64,000 nucleotides of DNA from an uncultured bacterium (GTDB taxonomy: Bacteria; Actinomycetota; Actinomycetes; S36-B12): the NCBI GenBank assembly GCA_963736365.1, contig CAVTOM010000007.1, positions 450,820-514,819 of the forward strand, in the 5' to 3' direction. Below the pieces are notes generated by a model. It ran no database searches. It saw only the letters and a program-made list of their open reading frames with translations, and was not told the origin of the DNA. Shown in pieces: positions 8,362 through 17,958 of the stretch; positions within the stretch are counted from its first letter, which is position 1; each line of letters starts with the position of its first letter. The position numbers and the translations under genes are program-made.

Positions 8362-10967
8362 CGCGGGACGGCAGCGACGCCGCGACGCTTCCCCCGGCCG
8401 GGCTGCCCGGGCTCGACCCGCAGTGGTCGCGGCTCGTCACTGCCCGTGACTCCGACGGCGTTCCGCGCACCTGGCACGTCCTCGACACCCATGCGCAGCA
8501 CTCGGAGCAGGCTCCCGCGCTGACCCTCCTGTGCGTTCACGGCAACCCGACGTGGTCGTACCTGTGGCGTCGCCTGCTGGCCGAGGCTCCCGCCGACGTC
8601 AGGGTGGTGGCGGTGGACCAGCTCGACATGGGCTACTCCGAGCGCACCCACACCGTGCGCCGGCTGGCGCAGCGGGTGGACGATCTCGGCACCGTCGCGG
8701 ATGCGCTCGGCATCGTCGGCCCGGTGATCACGGTCGCCCACGACTGGGGCGGCCCGATCTCCCTCGGATGGGCGCTGGCCCACCGCGAGCAACTGGCGGG
8801 CGTCGTCCTCCTGAACACCGCGGTGCACCAGCCGGCCGGCTCACCGGCCCCGGCCGTCATCCGGCTGGCGCGCTCGGCGCCGCTGCTGCGCGCGAACACG
8901 GTCCGCACCCCCGCCTTCGTCCGTGCCACGACGGGCCTGAGCGGACGTGGCATGTCCCGCGAGGTCGCCGATGCCTTCGCCGCGCCCTACGCGGGTGCCG
9001 CGCGCCGCGAGGCGGTGGCGACCTTCGTCGCGGACATCCCGCTGGAGGACGACCACCCCAGCGCCGCCGCGCTGGCCGGCGTCGCCGAGGGGATCCGCAC
9101 CCTGGCCGACGTCCCGGTCCTGCTCCTGTGGGGTCCGGGCGACCCCGTGTTCTCCGATCGCTACCTGACCGACCTGCTCGACCGCCTCCCGCACGCGGAC
9201 GTCCACCGCTACGAGGGCGCCCGCCACCTCGTCAGCGAGGACGCACCCACGCTCGTGAGCGACCTGCTGCAGTGGGTGGCCGACCTGCCGGTGCCCGATG
9301 CGGCGTCCGACGCGGAGGCCGCGCCGTACCCGAATGCCGCCACGCGTGACGAGAACGCGGGGGAGGGGGAGCCGCTGTGGGCGGACCTCGATCGCCGTGC
9401 GCGGTCCACCCCCGGCGAGGTCGCGCTGGCCGAGCCGGACGGCGCCGGCGGCTGGCGCCGGATCCCCTGGTCGCTGCTGGCCCACAACGTCGACCTCCTC
9501 GCCGCCGGCCTGACCGCGCGGGGCATCCGGGCCGGCGACCGCGTCGCCGTGCTGATCACCCCCGGTGCCGACCTCATCGCCGTGGTCTACGCCTGCTGGC
9601 GGATCGGGGCGTGCGTGGTGGTGACCGACGCGGGCCTCGGGGTCCGGGGCATCCACCGCGCGCTGCGCGGTGCCGGCGTCCAGCATGTGATCGCGATCCC
9701 GCGCGCCATGGCGCTCGTGCGCGCACTGCGCCTGCCCGGGCGCCGGATCGGCACCGCCGACCTGCCGGCGATCGCCGCCCTCGGCTCGGCTCGGCCGACG
9801 CTGCCGGCACCGCCGTCCGGCGACGCCGAGGCCGTCGTGGCATTCACCTCCGGCTCGACCGGACCGGCCAAGGGCGTCGTCTACCGCCATCGGCAGGTCC
9901 AGCGCACGCGCGACGTCCTGCGTCGCCACTACGCGATCACGGATGAGGACGCGCTCGTGGCGGCCTTCGCCCCCTGGGCCGTCCTCGGTCCGACGCTCGG
10001 GATCGCATCGGTCATCCCCGACATGGACGTCACGAAGCCCAGCACGCTGACGGCCCGTGCCTTCGCCGACGCCGTCGGGACCGTGCTCGGCACCCTCGTG
10101 TGGGCGTCGCCGGCCGCGCTGACGAGCATCCTCGAGAGCGCCGATGCCCTCGACGACGCCGAGCTGGAGGCGCTGGGCGGCCTGCGCCTCGTCATGGGCG
10201 CCGGTGCTCCCGTGCCGGTGGCGCTCCTGCACGGCATGGGCCGCCTGTGCCCCGGGGCGCAGATCCGCACGCCGTACGGCATGACCGAGGTCCTGCCGGT
10301 CACCGACGTCACCGTCCAGGAGATCGACGCCGCCGGTCCGGGACCCGGCGTGCTCGTCGGCGCCCCGGTGCCCGGCGTCGAGGTCCGGATCAGCGCGATC
10401 GACGCCCTCGGGCGGGCGACCGGCGAGCTCACGAGCGATGCGGATGTCCTCGGGGAGGTCGTCGTGAGCGCCCCGCACCAGAAGGACCGCTACGACCGGC
10501 TGTGGGCCACCGAGCGCGCGAGCGCCCGGGACCACGGGTGGCATCGCACCGGAGACATCGGGTCCCTCGACGCCGCCGGCCGGCTGTGGATCGGCGGCCG
10601 CCTGGCGCATGTCGTCACGACGGCTGCAGGCCCGGTCGCCCCGGTGCGGATCGAGCAGGCGGTCCAGAGCCTGCCCGCCGTCGTCCAGGCGGCCTGCGTC
10701 GGCGTCGGGCCGGTGGGCACCCAGCAGGTCGTGGTCGTCGTCGTGACGGCGTCGGCGCGCACCGGACTGGCGGACCTCGCGCTGGTCGACGAGATTCGCG
10801 CGGTGGTGGACGTCGACGTCGCCGCCGTGCTCGAGGCCGCGAGCCTGCCCGTCGACATCCGGCACCGGTCCAAGATCGACCGGACCGCGCTGGCGGCCTG
10901 GGCGCAGGCCCGACTCGCCGGTCGACCGGGGCCACGGCGTGCCGGTGCCCGGACGGGCTCCGCATGA
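8355..10967 (+). CDS. oleBC: OleBC fusion: N-terminal alpha/beta-hydrolase (beta-lactone decarboxylase OleB) fused to an AMP-dependent synthetase (beta-lactone synthetase OleC)
   Basis: N-terminal half: CVHGNPTWSYLWRRL, VAHDWGGPISLGWA. C-terminal half: AFTSGSTGPAKGVVYRH, TPYGMTE, HRTGDIG. GTG 8355/8358 overlaps the oleA stop (GTGGTGA). The 2.6-kb frame is intact. Confidence 0.8.
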   Translation: MVTRDGSDAATLPPAGLPGLDPQWSRLVTARDSDGVPRTWHVLDTHAQHSEQAPALTLLCVHGNPTWSYLWRRLLAEAPADVRVVAVDQLDMGYSERTHTVRRLAQRVDDLGTVADALGIVGPVITVAHDWGGPISLGWALAHREQLAGVVLLNTAVHQPAGSPAPAVIRLARSAPLLRANTVRTPAFVRATTGLSGRGMSREVADAFAAPYAGAARREAVATFVADIPLEDDHPSAAALAGVAEGIRTLADVPVLLLWGPGDPVFSDRYLTDLLDRLPHADVHRYEGARHLVSEDAPTLVSDLLQWVADLPVPDAASDAEAAPYPNAATRDENAGEGEPLWADLDRRARSTPGEVALAEPDGAGGWRRIPWSLLAHNVDLLAAGLTARGIRAGDRVAVLITPGADLIAVVYACWRIGACVVVTDAGLGVRGIHRALRGAGVQHVIAIPRAMALVRALRLPGRRIGTADLPAIAALGSARPTLPAPPSGDAEAVVAFTSGSTGPAKGVVYRHRQVQRTRDVLRRHYAITDEDALVAAFAPWAVLGPTLGIASVIPDMDVTKPSTLTARAFADAVGTVLGTLVWASPAALTSILESADALDDAELEALGGLRLVMGAGAPVPVALLHGMGRLCPGAQIRTPYGMTEVLPVTDVTVQEIDAAGPGPGVLVGAPVPGVEVRISAIDALGRATGELTSDADVLGEVVVSAPHQKDRYDRLWATERASARDHGWHRTGDIGSLDAAGRLWIGGRLAHVVTTAAGPVAPVRIEQAVQSLPAVVQAACVGVGPVGTQQVVVVVVTASARTGLADLALVDEIRAVVDVDVAAVLEAASLPVDIRHRSKIDRTALAAWAQARLAGRPGPRRAGARTGSA

Positions 10968-11961
10968 GGGTCCTCGTCACCGGAGGACGAGGCCTGCTCG
11001 GATCCGCTGTCGTGCGCGAGCTCGCCCGTCGGGGACACCTGGTGACCTCCTTCCAGCGGGGGGCCGCAGGGCAGGGCGACGACGTGACCGAGGTCCGCGG
11101 CGACATCACCGATCGCTCAGCGGTGTCGGCCGCGATGCACGGGCAGGATGCGGTCGTCCATCTTGCGGCGAAGGTGTCGATGGTGGGTCCGTGGGCGGAG
11201 TTCGAGCGGACCAACGTCGAGGGCACGCGCCTGGCGCTGGAGGCCGCGGCGGCCGCGGGTGCCACCAGATTCGTGCACATCTCCTCGCCGTCGGTGGCCC
11301 ACGCCGGGGAGCCCCTCGTCGGAGTAGGAGCGACTCCCGCCGACCCGCAGGGGGCCCGGGGTCCTACGCCCGCAGCAAGGCGATGGCCGAGGTGCTCGCC
11401 CTCGCTGCCGACCGTCCAGGCTTCGCCGTCACCGCGCTGCGACCGCACCTCGTGTGGGGACCGGGGGACACGCAGCTGGTCGGGCGGATCGCCCAGCGGG
11501 CGCGCGCCGGCCGGCTGGTCCTCGTCGACGACGGGGCCGCCCTGATCGACACCACCTACGTCGACAACGCCGCCACCGCCATCGCCCAGGGCCTGGACCG
11601 GTGCGAGAGCCCACCGGTCCGCGGGCGGGCGTTCGTGGTGTCCAACGGCCAGCCGCGCACGGTGGCCGAGCTCGTCACGCGCATCGCGTGGGCGGCCGGC
11701 GGCCGAGCCCCGACCCGACACCTGCCGTTCCCGGTGGCGCGCTCGGCTGGCGCCGTCGTCGAGCGCGCATGGCGGCGGCGGCCCGACGAACCGCCCCTGA
11801 CGGCCTTCGTCGCCGAGCAGCTGGCCACCGCCCACTGGTTCGACCAGCGCGAGACGCGGTCCGCCCTGCAGTGGCGTCCGGAGGTGGGCATCGACGAGGG
11901 GCTGCGACGGCTCGCGGCGTCGTTCGCGGCCGCTGACGGCGTGGCGCTCCCGGGCAACTGA
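10964..11961 (+). CDS. oleD: OleD, NAD(P)-dependent short-chain dehydrogenase/3-beta-HSD-family reductase; -1 frame break near 11358
   Basis: Rossmann motif VLVTGGRGLLGSAV and catalytic YARSK. The ATG at 10964 overlaps the oleBC stop (ATGA). The N-terminus is in the frame of ORF 10100 and the C-terminus in the frame of ORF 10939. Confidence 0.75.
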
Positions 11962-11983
11962 CCGCCGCCGGCGTATAAATGCG

Positions 11984-12018
11984 GAAGGCCCCTCGAAGTA
12001 TGAGTTCGAGGGGCCTTC
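11984..12018. terminator. perfect 14-bp stem / 7-nt loop hairpin after oleD
   Basis: gaaggcccctcgaa-gtatgag-ttcgaggggccttc, with AT-rich flanks (gcgtataaatgcg). It could terminate transcription from either direction. Confidence 0.7.
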
Positions 12019-12369
12019 GCATGGAAGCGCCCGACCACCGCCCGATCTCTCGGGGCGCCCGCGCCAAGTGCAGAGCGCGGCGCTCGCGCTCCGTTTCCGG
12101 AGCACCGGCGATGTCGTTCTCGCTTCCTCGACCTGTTCCGTTCCGCCGCCCCCGCCAGCACTCGGGGGTCCTTCGATGACGTCCCCAATGGGTCGCCTTC
12201 GTCGATTGACTTCACTTTCCGGATCGACCCGCACCTTGCGGTGCGGTAGGTAAGTTCTACTCGCGCTCACGCATTCGTCGCAAGGGATTCGCCAAAGATT
12301 TCCAAGGAAATCCTGACCCTCGCACCACACGCATCATCAGGCTTCGCAGCGGTCACGCGAGAACGTCGA
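12019..12369 (-). other. orphan 350-bp non-coding region between convergent genes; possible minus-strand structured RNA or long 3' UTR
   Basis: No ORF here has protein-like composition. On the minus strand, CCGCACC-GCAA-GGUGCGG (12229-12246) and GCUCCG-GAAA-CGGAGC (12088-12103) are GNRA-capped helices. GC content dips locally at 12240-12320. The 11984-12018 hairpin lies at the minus-strand 3' end. Confidence 0.3.
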
Positions 12370-13194
12370 TCATCCCTGCGCGCGAAGGAAATCCGTCACC
12401 AGTGCAGTGAACTCCGCGGGGTGCTCGAGCTGCGTCCAGTGACCGCACCGCCCGAACACGTGCAGCTGCGATGTGTCGATCAGCCCGAGCAGGTCGAGGG
12501 CGTTCTGCAGCGGGATAACCCGATCGTCGCGACCATGCACGATCAGCGTGGGTGCCCGGATCGCGGCGATGTCCGCGACGGCATGCGTCATCGCGTCCAG
12601 GGCCGCCTGCCGGGGTGCCGGGAACATCGACCGGTATGCCTCCTGGACTCCGGGCCTGATGCTCGCCTCATACCGCAGCCGCGCGAGGTCGGGTCCGATC
12701 AGCGAGCGGTCGTATGCGAAGAGGGTCAGCAGCTGCTCCATCGCCGGGACCGAGGGCTCGTAGCCCCAGACCGCGTCGAGGCCCGGCGTGATCGCGAACG
12801 GCACCCCGACGGACCCCATGAGCACCAGCCCGGCCACGCGCTCCGGGTGCCGGATCGCCAGGGCCATGGCCAGGGCACCGCCGAAGGAGTTGCCGACGAT
12901 GTGCGCCCGCTCGATGCCCAGGGCATCGAGCACGCCCAGGGCATGCGCCGTCCAGGTGTCCAGGTCGTAGGCGCAGCCGTCCGGACGCGCCGTGAAGCCG
13001 AAGCCGACGACATCCGGGGCGACCACCGTGAACTGCCGGGCCAGCACCGGGATCGTCAGTCGCCAGTTGGCCCAGGCCGAGACGCCCGGCCCGGAGCCGT
13101 GCAGCAGGAGCACGGGCGGTCCCTCCCCGGCGAGGTGGACGTTGGTGGCGATGCCTGCGGCATCGATCGTGATGCCGATCTCGGGCGATGTCAT
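12370..13194 (-). CDS. alpha/beta-hydrolase, meta-cleavage-product (C-C bond) hydrolase-like (BphD/MhpC/HsaD family)
   Basis: MTSPEIGITID..LLLHGSGPGVSAWANW, nucleophile GNSFGG, and C-terminal GRCGHWTQLEHPAEF. The start is ATG 13194. The longer ORF extending to 13887 is low-complexity upstream read-through. Confidence 0.75.
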   Translation of the reverse strand: MTSPEIGITIDAAGIATNVHLAGEGPPVLLLHGSGPGVSAWANWRLTIPVLARQFTVVAPDVVGFGFTARPDGCAYDLDTWTAHALGVLDALGIERAHIVGNSFGGALAMALAIRHPERVAGLVLMGSVGVPFAITPGLDAVWGYEPSVPAMEQLLTLFAYDRSLIGPDLARLRYEASIRPGVQEAYRSMFPAPRQAALDAMTHAVADIAAIRAPTLIVHGRDDRVIPLQNALDLLGLIDTSQLHVFGRCGHWTQLEHPAEFTALVTDFLRAQG

Positions 13195-13251
13195 GGGCGC
13201 ATTCTGCAGGCTGGCAGGATGACGTGACGCGATCGTCGAGCCGACCCGGTC

Positions 13252-14494
13252 GTGTCGGGGCCCGAGATGGGAGTCCTCCTCGTGCAGGCGTACCGCTGGC
13301 GCCCGATCGTCCTCCTCGAGGCGGCGAACGCCGCGTCCGGCATCGCCAACGCGGTCGTGATGATCGCCATCCCGTGGCTCGTCCTGGCCCGGACCGGCTC
13401 GGCCGTGTCGGCGGGCCTCGTCGTCGCGCTCGCCTCGCTGCCCGGGATCGTGGTCTCCCCGCTCGTGGGGATCCTCATCGACCGGTTCGGCCGACGCATC
13501 GTGAGCATCGTGTCCGACGTCCTGTCGGCCGTCTCCGTCGCGGCGTTCCCGCTGATCGCCCTCGGGGACTTGACCTTCGGCTGGATCCTCGGCCTGGCTG
13601 TGCTCGGCGCCACCTTCGACCCGGCCGGGTACACGGCCCGCAAGTCGATGCTGCCGGACGTGGCTGCGGCGTCGGGCTACCCGGTCGACCGCCTGAACGG
13701 CATCCACGAGGGCGTGTTCGCCGTGGGCTGGACGGTCGGACCGGCGCTCGGCGCGATCCTCATCGGCGTGCTCGGCGATGTCGACGTGTTCTGGGTGCCG
13801 TTCGGGCTCTTCGTCCTCGCCGTTCTCACGGTGGTGGCGCTGCGCATCGGGGATGCGGGTCAGGACGCACGACGCACCCGAGCGCACGAGGAGAGTCCGT
13901 GGCGGGGGCTGGCCCTCGGGGCCACGGTGCTCTGGAACGACACCGCCCTGCGGGCGATGACGATCGCCCTCATGGTGCTGGCGGCGGTGTACCTGCCCAC
14001 CGAGTCCGTCGTGCTCACCGCCTACTTCACCGAGCTGGGCTCACCCGTCAGCCTGGGGATCCTCGTGTCCGCGATGTCGGCCGGCAGCGTCATCGGGGCG
14101 TTCGGGTACGGATGGCTCGCCGAGCGCTGGACGCAGGTACCAGATGGTGCGGCTGGTCCTCATCGGGACGATGGCGTCCATCGTCCCGCTGGCGCTGCTT
14201 CCCCCGCTGTGGGTGATGGTGATCGCGGGCTTCGTCCTGGGGCTGGCCTGGGGTCCGTTCAATCCGCTGATGAACACCCTGGTGCAGCGGCGGGTGGCAC
14301 CCGACGCCCAGGGCCGGGTGTACGGCGTCCAGATGTCCCTGTTCTACGCGTCCCCGCCGCTGGCCTTCCTCCTGGCCGGGGCCATGGTGGAGGCGTGGGG
14401 CGTCCGGGCGACCTACCTGGCGTTCGCGGGGGTGCTCGTCGTGACGTCCACCTCCGTGCTGTTCGTGCGCAGCATCCGTGACATCGACGCCTGA
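13252..14494 (+). CDS. MFS transporter, +1 frame break near 14132
   Basis: About 12 predicted TM segments and the MFS loop motif GILIDRFGRR. The C-terminal four helices are in the frame of ORF 14144. Confidence 0.7.
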
Positions 14495-14570
14495 GGTCGT
14501 CGTCGGACGTCGATGGGACGTCGATGGCGGGGGAGGGGTGGGCTCCGCGGCCCGCGGCTAGGGTCGGGGG

Positions 14571-15785
14571 ATGCCTTCTCGGCCGGACCCCGGATTCACC
14601 TTCGAGGTCGAGGCGCGCCTGGACGGGGGCCTGGGCCGCGCGGGGGTCATGCACACCCCGCACGGCGACATCCGGACCCCGGCGTTCACCCCGGTCGGAA
14701 CGAAGGCGACCGTCAAGGCCGTCCTGCCGGGCATGATGCGCGACCTGGGCGCGCAGGTGATCCTCGCCAACGCGTACCACCTGTACCTCCAGCCCGGCGC
14801 CGACATCGTCGACGCCGCCGGGGGCCTGGCCGCCTTCATGGGCTGGGACGGCCCGACGATGACCGACAGCGGCGGCTTCCAGGTCCTGTCCCTGGGGGTG
14901 GGCTTCAAGAAGATCCTGGCGATGGACGCGCGATCCGTGCGGTCGGACGACGTCATCGCCGAGGGCAAGGATCGCCTCGCCCACGTGGACGACGACGGCG
15001 TGACCTTCAAGTCCCACCTCGATGGCGCGCTGCACCGCTTCACCCCTGAGGTGTCGATGGACGTCCAGCACCGGCTCGGCGCGGATGTGATCTTCGCCTT
15101 CGACGAGTGCACGACGCTCCTCAACACCCGGGAGTACCAGGAGCGGTCGGTTGCGCGGACGCACGCCTGGGCGCAGCGCTGCGTGGCCGAGCACCGCCGG
15201 CTGACGGCGGCTCGACCCGACCGGCCGTACCAGGCGCTGTTCGCGGTCGTGCAGGGCGCGCAGTACGAGGACCTGCGCCGGGAGTCGGCACGGGGGCTGG
15301 CCGGCCTCGACGTGGACGGGTACGGCATCGGCGGTGCGCTGGAGAAGGACCGCCTCGGGACCATCGTGAGGTGGGTGTGCGAGGAGCTCCCCGAGTCCCG
15401 GCCGCGCCACCTGCTGGGGATCGGGGACCCCGTCGACGTCTTCACCGCCGTCGAGAACGGCGCCGACACCTTCGACTGCGTGGCCCCGTCCCGCAACGCC
15501 CGCAACGGCACCGTCTACCACCGCACGCGGCGATTCCACCTGACGAACGGCCGTTACCGTAACGACTTCGGGCCGATCGACGACGCGTGCGACTGCTTCA
15601 CCTGCACGACCTACACGCGCGCATACGTGCACCACCTGTTCAAGGCGAAGGAGATGCTCGCCTCGACGCTGGCCACCATCCACAACGAGCGTTACATCGT
15701 GCGCCTCATCGAGCAGATCCGGGCCAGCATCCTCGACGGCACCTTCCGCGAGCATCGCGACGAGGTGCTCGGGCGGCTCGCCTAG
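14571..15785 (+). CDS. tgt: tRNA-guanine transglycosylase (queuine tRNA-ribosyltransferase)
   Basis: TPHGDIRTPAFTPVGTKATVK, LANAYHLYLQPG, MTDSGGFQ, and the C-terminal zinc site CDCFTC..H. The frame is intact. Confidence 0.9.
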   Translation: MPSRPDPGFTFEVEARLDGGLGRAGVMHTPHGDIRTPAFTPVGTKATVKAVLPGMMRDLGAQVILANAYHLYLQPGADIVDAAGGLAAFMGWDGPTMTDSGGFQVLSLGVGFKKILAMDARSVRSDDVIAEGKDRLAHVDDDGVTFKSHLDGALHRFTPEVSMDVQHRLGADVIFAFDECTTLLNTREYQERSVARTHAWAQRCVAEHRRLTAARPDRPYQALFAVVQGAQYEDLRRESARGLAGLDVDGYGIGGALEKDRLGTIVRWVCEELPESRPRHLLGIGDPVDVFTAVENGADTFDCVAPSRNARNGTVYHRTRRFHLTNGRYRNDFGPIDDACDCFTCTTYTRAYVHHLFKAKEMLASTLATIHNERYIVRLIEQIRASILDGTFREHRDEVLGRLA

Positions 15786-16486
15786 GAGCCGGTGGTCGCC
15801 AGCCCGTACGTCGGCTCGCGCCGCTTCACCGCCCTGATCACCGGGTACGTCACCGGCAGGAGCACGACCTCGAGCAGGGTCTTGTACAGGTATCCGACCA
15901 GAACGTAGTTGAGGAACTCCGCCCCGGTGATCACGCCGTAGAACGCCACCGCGCAGAACACCAGGGTGTCGGCGAACTCGCCGACGACGGTCGAACCGAT
16001 GAGGCGCAGCCAGAGGGCGCGCTCCTTCGTCCGCTCCTTGATCTTGACGAGCACGTAGGCGTTGAGCAGCTGGCCGGCCAGGTAGCCGCAGATGCTCGCG
16101 AGGACGATCCGGGGCACGAACCCGAGCACCGCCTCGAAGGCCTCCTGGTTCTCATAGGCGTCGGCCGGCGGCGAGACCTGCACCAGCCAGAACGTCAGGG
16201 CCGCAAGGACGAGCATCGCGAAGCCGATGAGGATCGCGCGGCGGGCAGCGCGCAGTCCGTACACCTCGCTGAGGATGTCGCCGATGATGTAGGTCAGCGG
16301 GAACAGGAAGGCCCCGCCGTCGGTGATGACCGGCCCGAAGGAGATCAGCTTCGTCGCGCCGATGTTCGAGATGAGCAGGACGCCCACGAACACGCCGACG
16401 ATGACGGGGTACAGGCTCGAGCCGGCGACGGCGAAGTGCACGCGTTCGTCGCGGTCCTGCAGGCGCACGCCGACCGGCTCGTCCAC
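15782..16486 (-). CDS. yhhQ: queuosine-precursor transporter (YhhQ/VUT family)
   Basis: SNIGATKLISFGPVITDGGAFLFPLTYIIGDILSEVYG is the family signature. The protein is a polytopic membrane protein. Its 3' end overlaps the tgt 3' end by 4 nt (convergent). Confidence 0.8.
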   Translation of the reverse strand: MDEPVGVRLQDRDERVHFAVAGSSLYPVIVGVFVGVLLISNIGATKLISFGPVITDGGAFLFPLTYIIGDILSEVYGLRAARRAILIGFAMLVLAALTFWLVQVSPPADAYENQEAFEAVLGFVPRIVLASICGYLAGQLLNAYVLVKIKERTKERALWLRLIGSTVVGEFADTLVFCAVAFYGVITGAEFLNYVLVGYLYKTLLEVVLLPVTYPVIRAVKRREPTYGLATTGS

Positions 16487-16519
16487 GTCGCGCCTCCGGG
16501 AGGAGTCGAAGTTGCGTTG

Positions 16520-16592
16520 CGCCCCCGGCAGGATTCGAACCTGCGACCTTCGGTACCGGAAACCGGCGCTCTATCCCCTGAGCTACGGGGGC
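16520..16592 (-). tRNA. tRNA-Arg (anticodon CCG)
   Basis: The minus strand reads GCCCCCGTAGCTCAGGGGATAGAGCGCCGGTTTCCGGTACCGAAGGTCGCAGGTTCGAATCCTGCCGGGGGCG. The cloverleaf folds by hand, the anticodon loop is TTCCGGT and the T-loop is GGTTCGAATCC. CCA is not encoded. Confidence 0.9.
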
Positions 16593-16660
16593 TCGGGCCG
16601 ACACAGGCTACCAGCGAGGCGGGGGAGCCCCGCGGGGCGTCCGTCCGACAGGATGGGCGC

Positions 16661-17545
16661 GTGAGGGAGCGCATGCGTCGGGTGGTCGACTGGGCGTCCG
16701 CGCTCGGCCTGGAGTACACGCGGACCCGATCCTCCCTCGCCGCCGGCGGCCTTGCCTACTTCGTCGCCCTGTCCCTGGCGCCGGCCGCCCTGGCGTTCGG
16801 GACGCTCGCGGGACTCGTGCTCGACCCGGCCGACATCCGCAGCGTCCTGGAGCGCCTCGCCGAGCGCTCACCCGAGGCCATGGGCGACCTCAAGCCCATC
16901 GTCGAGGCGCTCGCGCTCACCGTCGAGCGGGCCTCGACCACCGCCTTCAGCATCACGGCAGTGGTGAGCACCGTGATCGCTGTCTACGCCGCGTCCAAGG
17001 TCGTGTTCGGCCTCCGACTGGCGATGAACACCATCGCCGGGGTCACCGAGACCCGCAGCGGGCTCATCGAGCGGGGCATCGCCACGCTCGTGACCCTCGC
17101 GGGCATGGTCATCGGTGTCGCGGTGGTGCTCCTGCTCACCCTGGTGCCCAAGGTCCTGGAGTGGCTCGGCCTGCAGAGCGCGCTCACCGTCACCGGGAAC
17201 TGGCTGCTCGAGTGGGCGGCTGCGATGGCGCTGGTCTTCGTCGGCGCCCGCTGGATCCTCCAGCACGCGCCCAACCGGGCCCAGCGGGTTCCGTGGACCT
17301 CGCCCGGGCCGCCGGTCGCCACCCTGGGCATCCTGGCTGCCACCATCGGTGTCGGCCTGTACGTGCGGTTCTCGGCCAGCCTGAGCGTCACGGTGCTGCT
17401 GTTCGGCACCGCCGTGGTCATCCTGCTGTGGCTCTACCTGTGCTTCGTGGCACTGCTGTGGGGCGCCATCGTCGAGGCCGACAGCCGCAGGCGTCGCGAC
17501 GTCAGGACGAGAACCATCGCGGGGGACCAGCCACCAGTCCCGTGA
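16661..17545 (+). CDS. YihY/BrkB-family (ribonuclease BN-like) integral membrane protein
   Basis: RSSLAAGGLAYFVALSLAPAALAF..., six hydrophobic segments, and the C-terminal motif LLWLYLCFVALLWGAIVEA. The start is GTG 16661 or ATG 16673. Confidence 0.7.
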   Translation: MRERMRRVVDWASALGLEYTRTRSSLAAGGLAYFVALSLAPAALAFGTLAGLVLDPADIRSVLERLAERSPEAMGDLKPIVEALALTVERASTTAFSITAVVSTVIAVYAASKVVFGLRLAMNTIAGVTETRSGLIERGIATLVTLAGMVIGVAVVLLLTLVPKVLEWLGLQSALTVTGNWLLEWAAAMALVFVGARWILQHAPNRAQRVPWTSPGPPVATLGILAATIGVGLYVRFSASLSVTVLLFGTAVVILLWLYLCFVALLWGAIVEADSRRRRDVRTRTIAGDQPPVP

Positions 17546-17795
17546 CGAAGGCACCGCCCGCAGCCCCCACGGCGGTCCAGAAGTTGTCGGTGAAGGGTGT
17601 CAGCAGGCTGCCGACGAACGTCGCACCGCCGAGCGCCACGGCCGCGATCCCGGCGAACGCCAGCCGGCCGCCCCCGCCGGACGTGTCCGCCTTCGCGACG
17701 CCGGCCGGCGAGGGCACCGCCGGCGTGCTCGCCCCCGACTGCCCGGTGGTGGAGTTGACCTCCCGCAGGAGCCGCTCGATCTCGTCCTCGGCCAT
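17502..17795 (-). CDS. small (97 aa) membrane protein of unknown function
   Basis: MAEDEIERLLREVNS.. followed by two Gly/Ala-rich hydrophobic segments. ATG at 17795. It overlaps the YihY 3' end convergently. Support comes from composition only. Confidence 0.4.
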   Translation of the reverse strand: MAEDEIERLLREVNSTTGQSGASTPAVPSPAGVAKADTSGGGGRLAFAGIAAVALGGATFVGSLLTPFTDNFWTAVGAAGGAFVTGLVAGPPRWFSS

Positions 17796-17958
17796 GAGCC
17801 CATTGTGCCGCACCCGCGGGCACCGGACCCCTGGGGACGGTCGTGTTTGGGCGGCACCCGGGTCGGGCACAACGCGACTGTCCGGGCCTCGCGTCGGGGG
17901 ACGGGGGGCCCGGACAGTCCACCCCCGGACGTCGGTCGGCGACCGTACGATCGCCCCC

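Noticed and set aside
12019-12369. The orphan intergenic region was considered as tmRNA, RNase P RNA, SRP RNA or a cyclic-di-AMP (ydaO) riboswitch.
   Set aside because: - There is no tRNA-like end (GGTTCGAnTCC T-loop plus ACCA) and no ..LAA tag frame.
- There is no GGAAAGTCCGG RNase P core.
- The GAAA-capped helix lacks the SRP domain IV internal loops.
- There is no GGGGA.CC / GGUGAAUC ydaO pair, and no downstream gene for a riboswitch to control.
16487-16660. The tRNA-Arg locus was considered as an integration hot spot or genomic-island boundary.
   Set aside because: There is no integrase, no direct repeat of the tRNA 3' end and no compositional shift on either side. The flanking genes (yhhQ, yihY-family) look like ordinary chromosomal genes.
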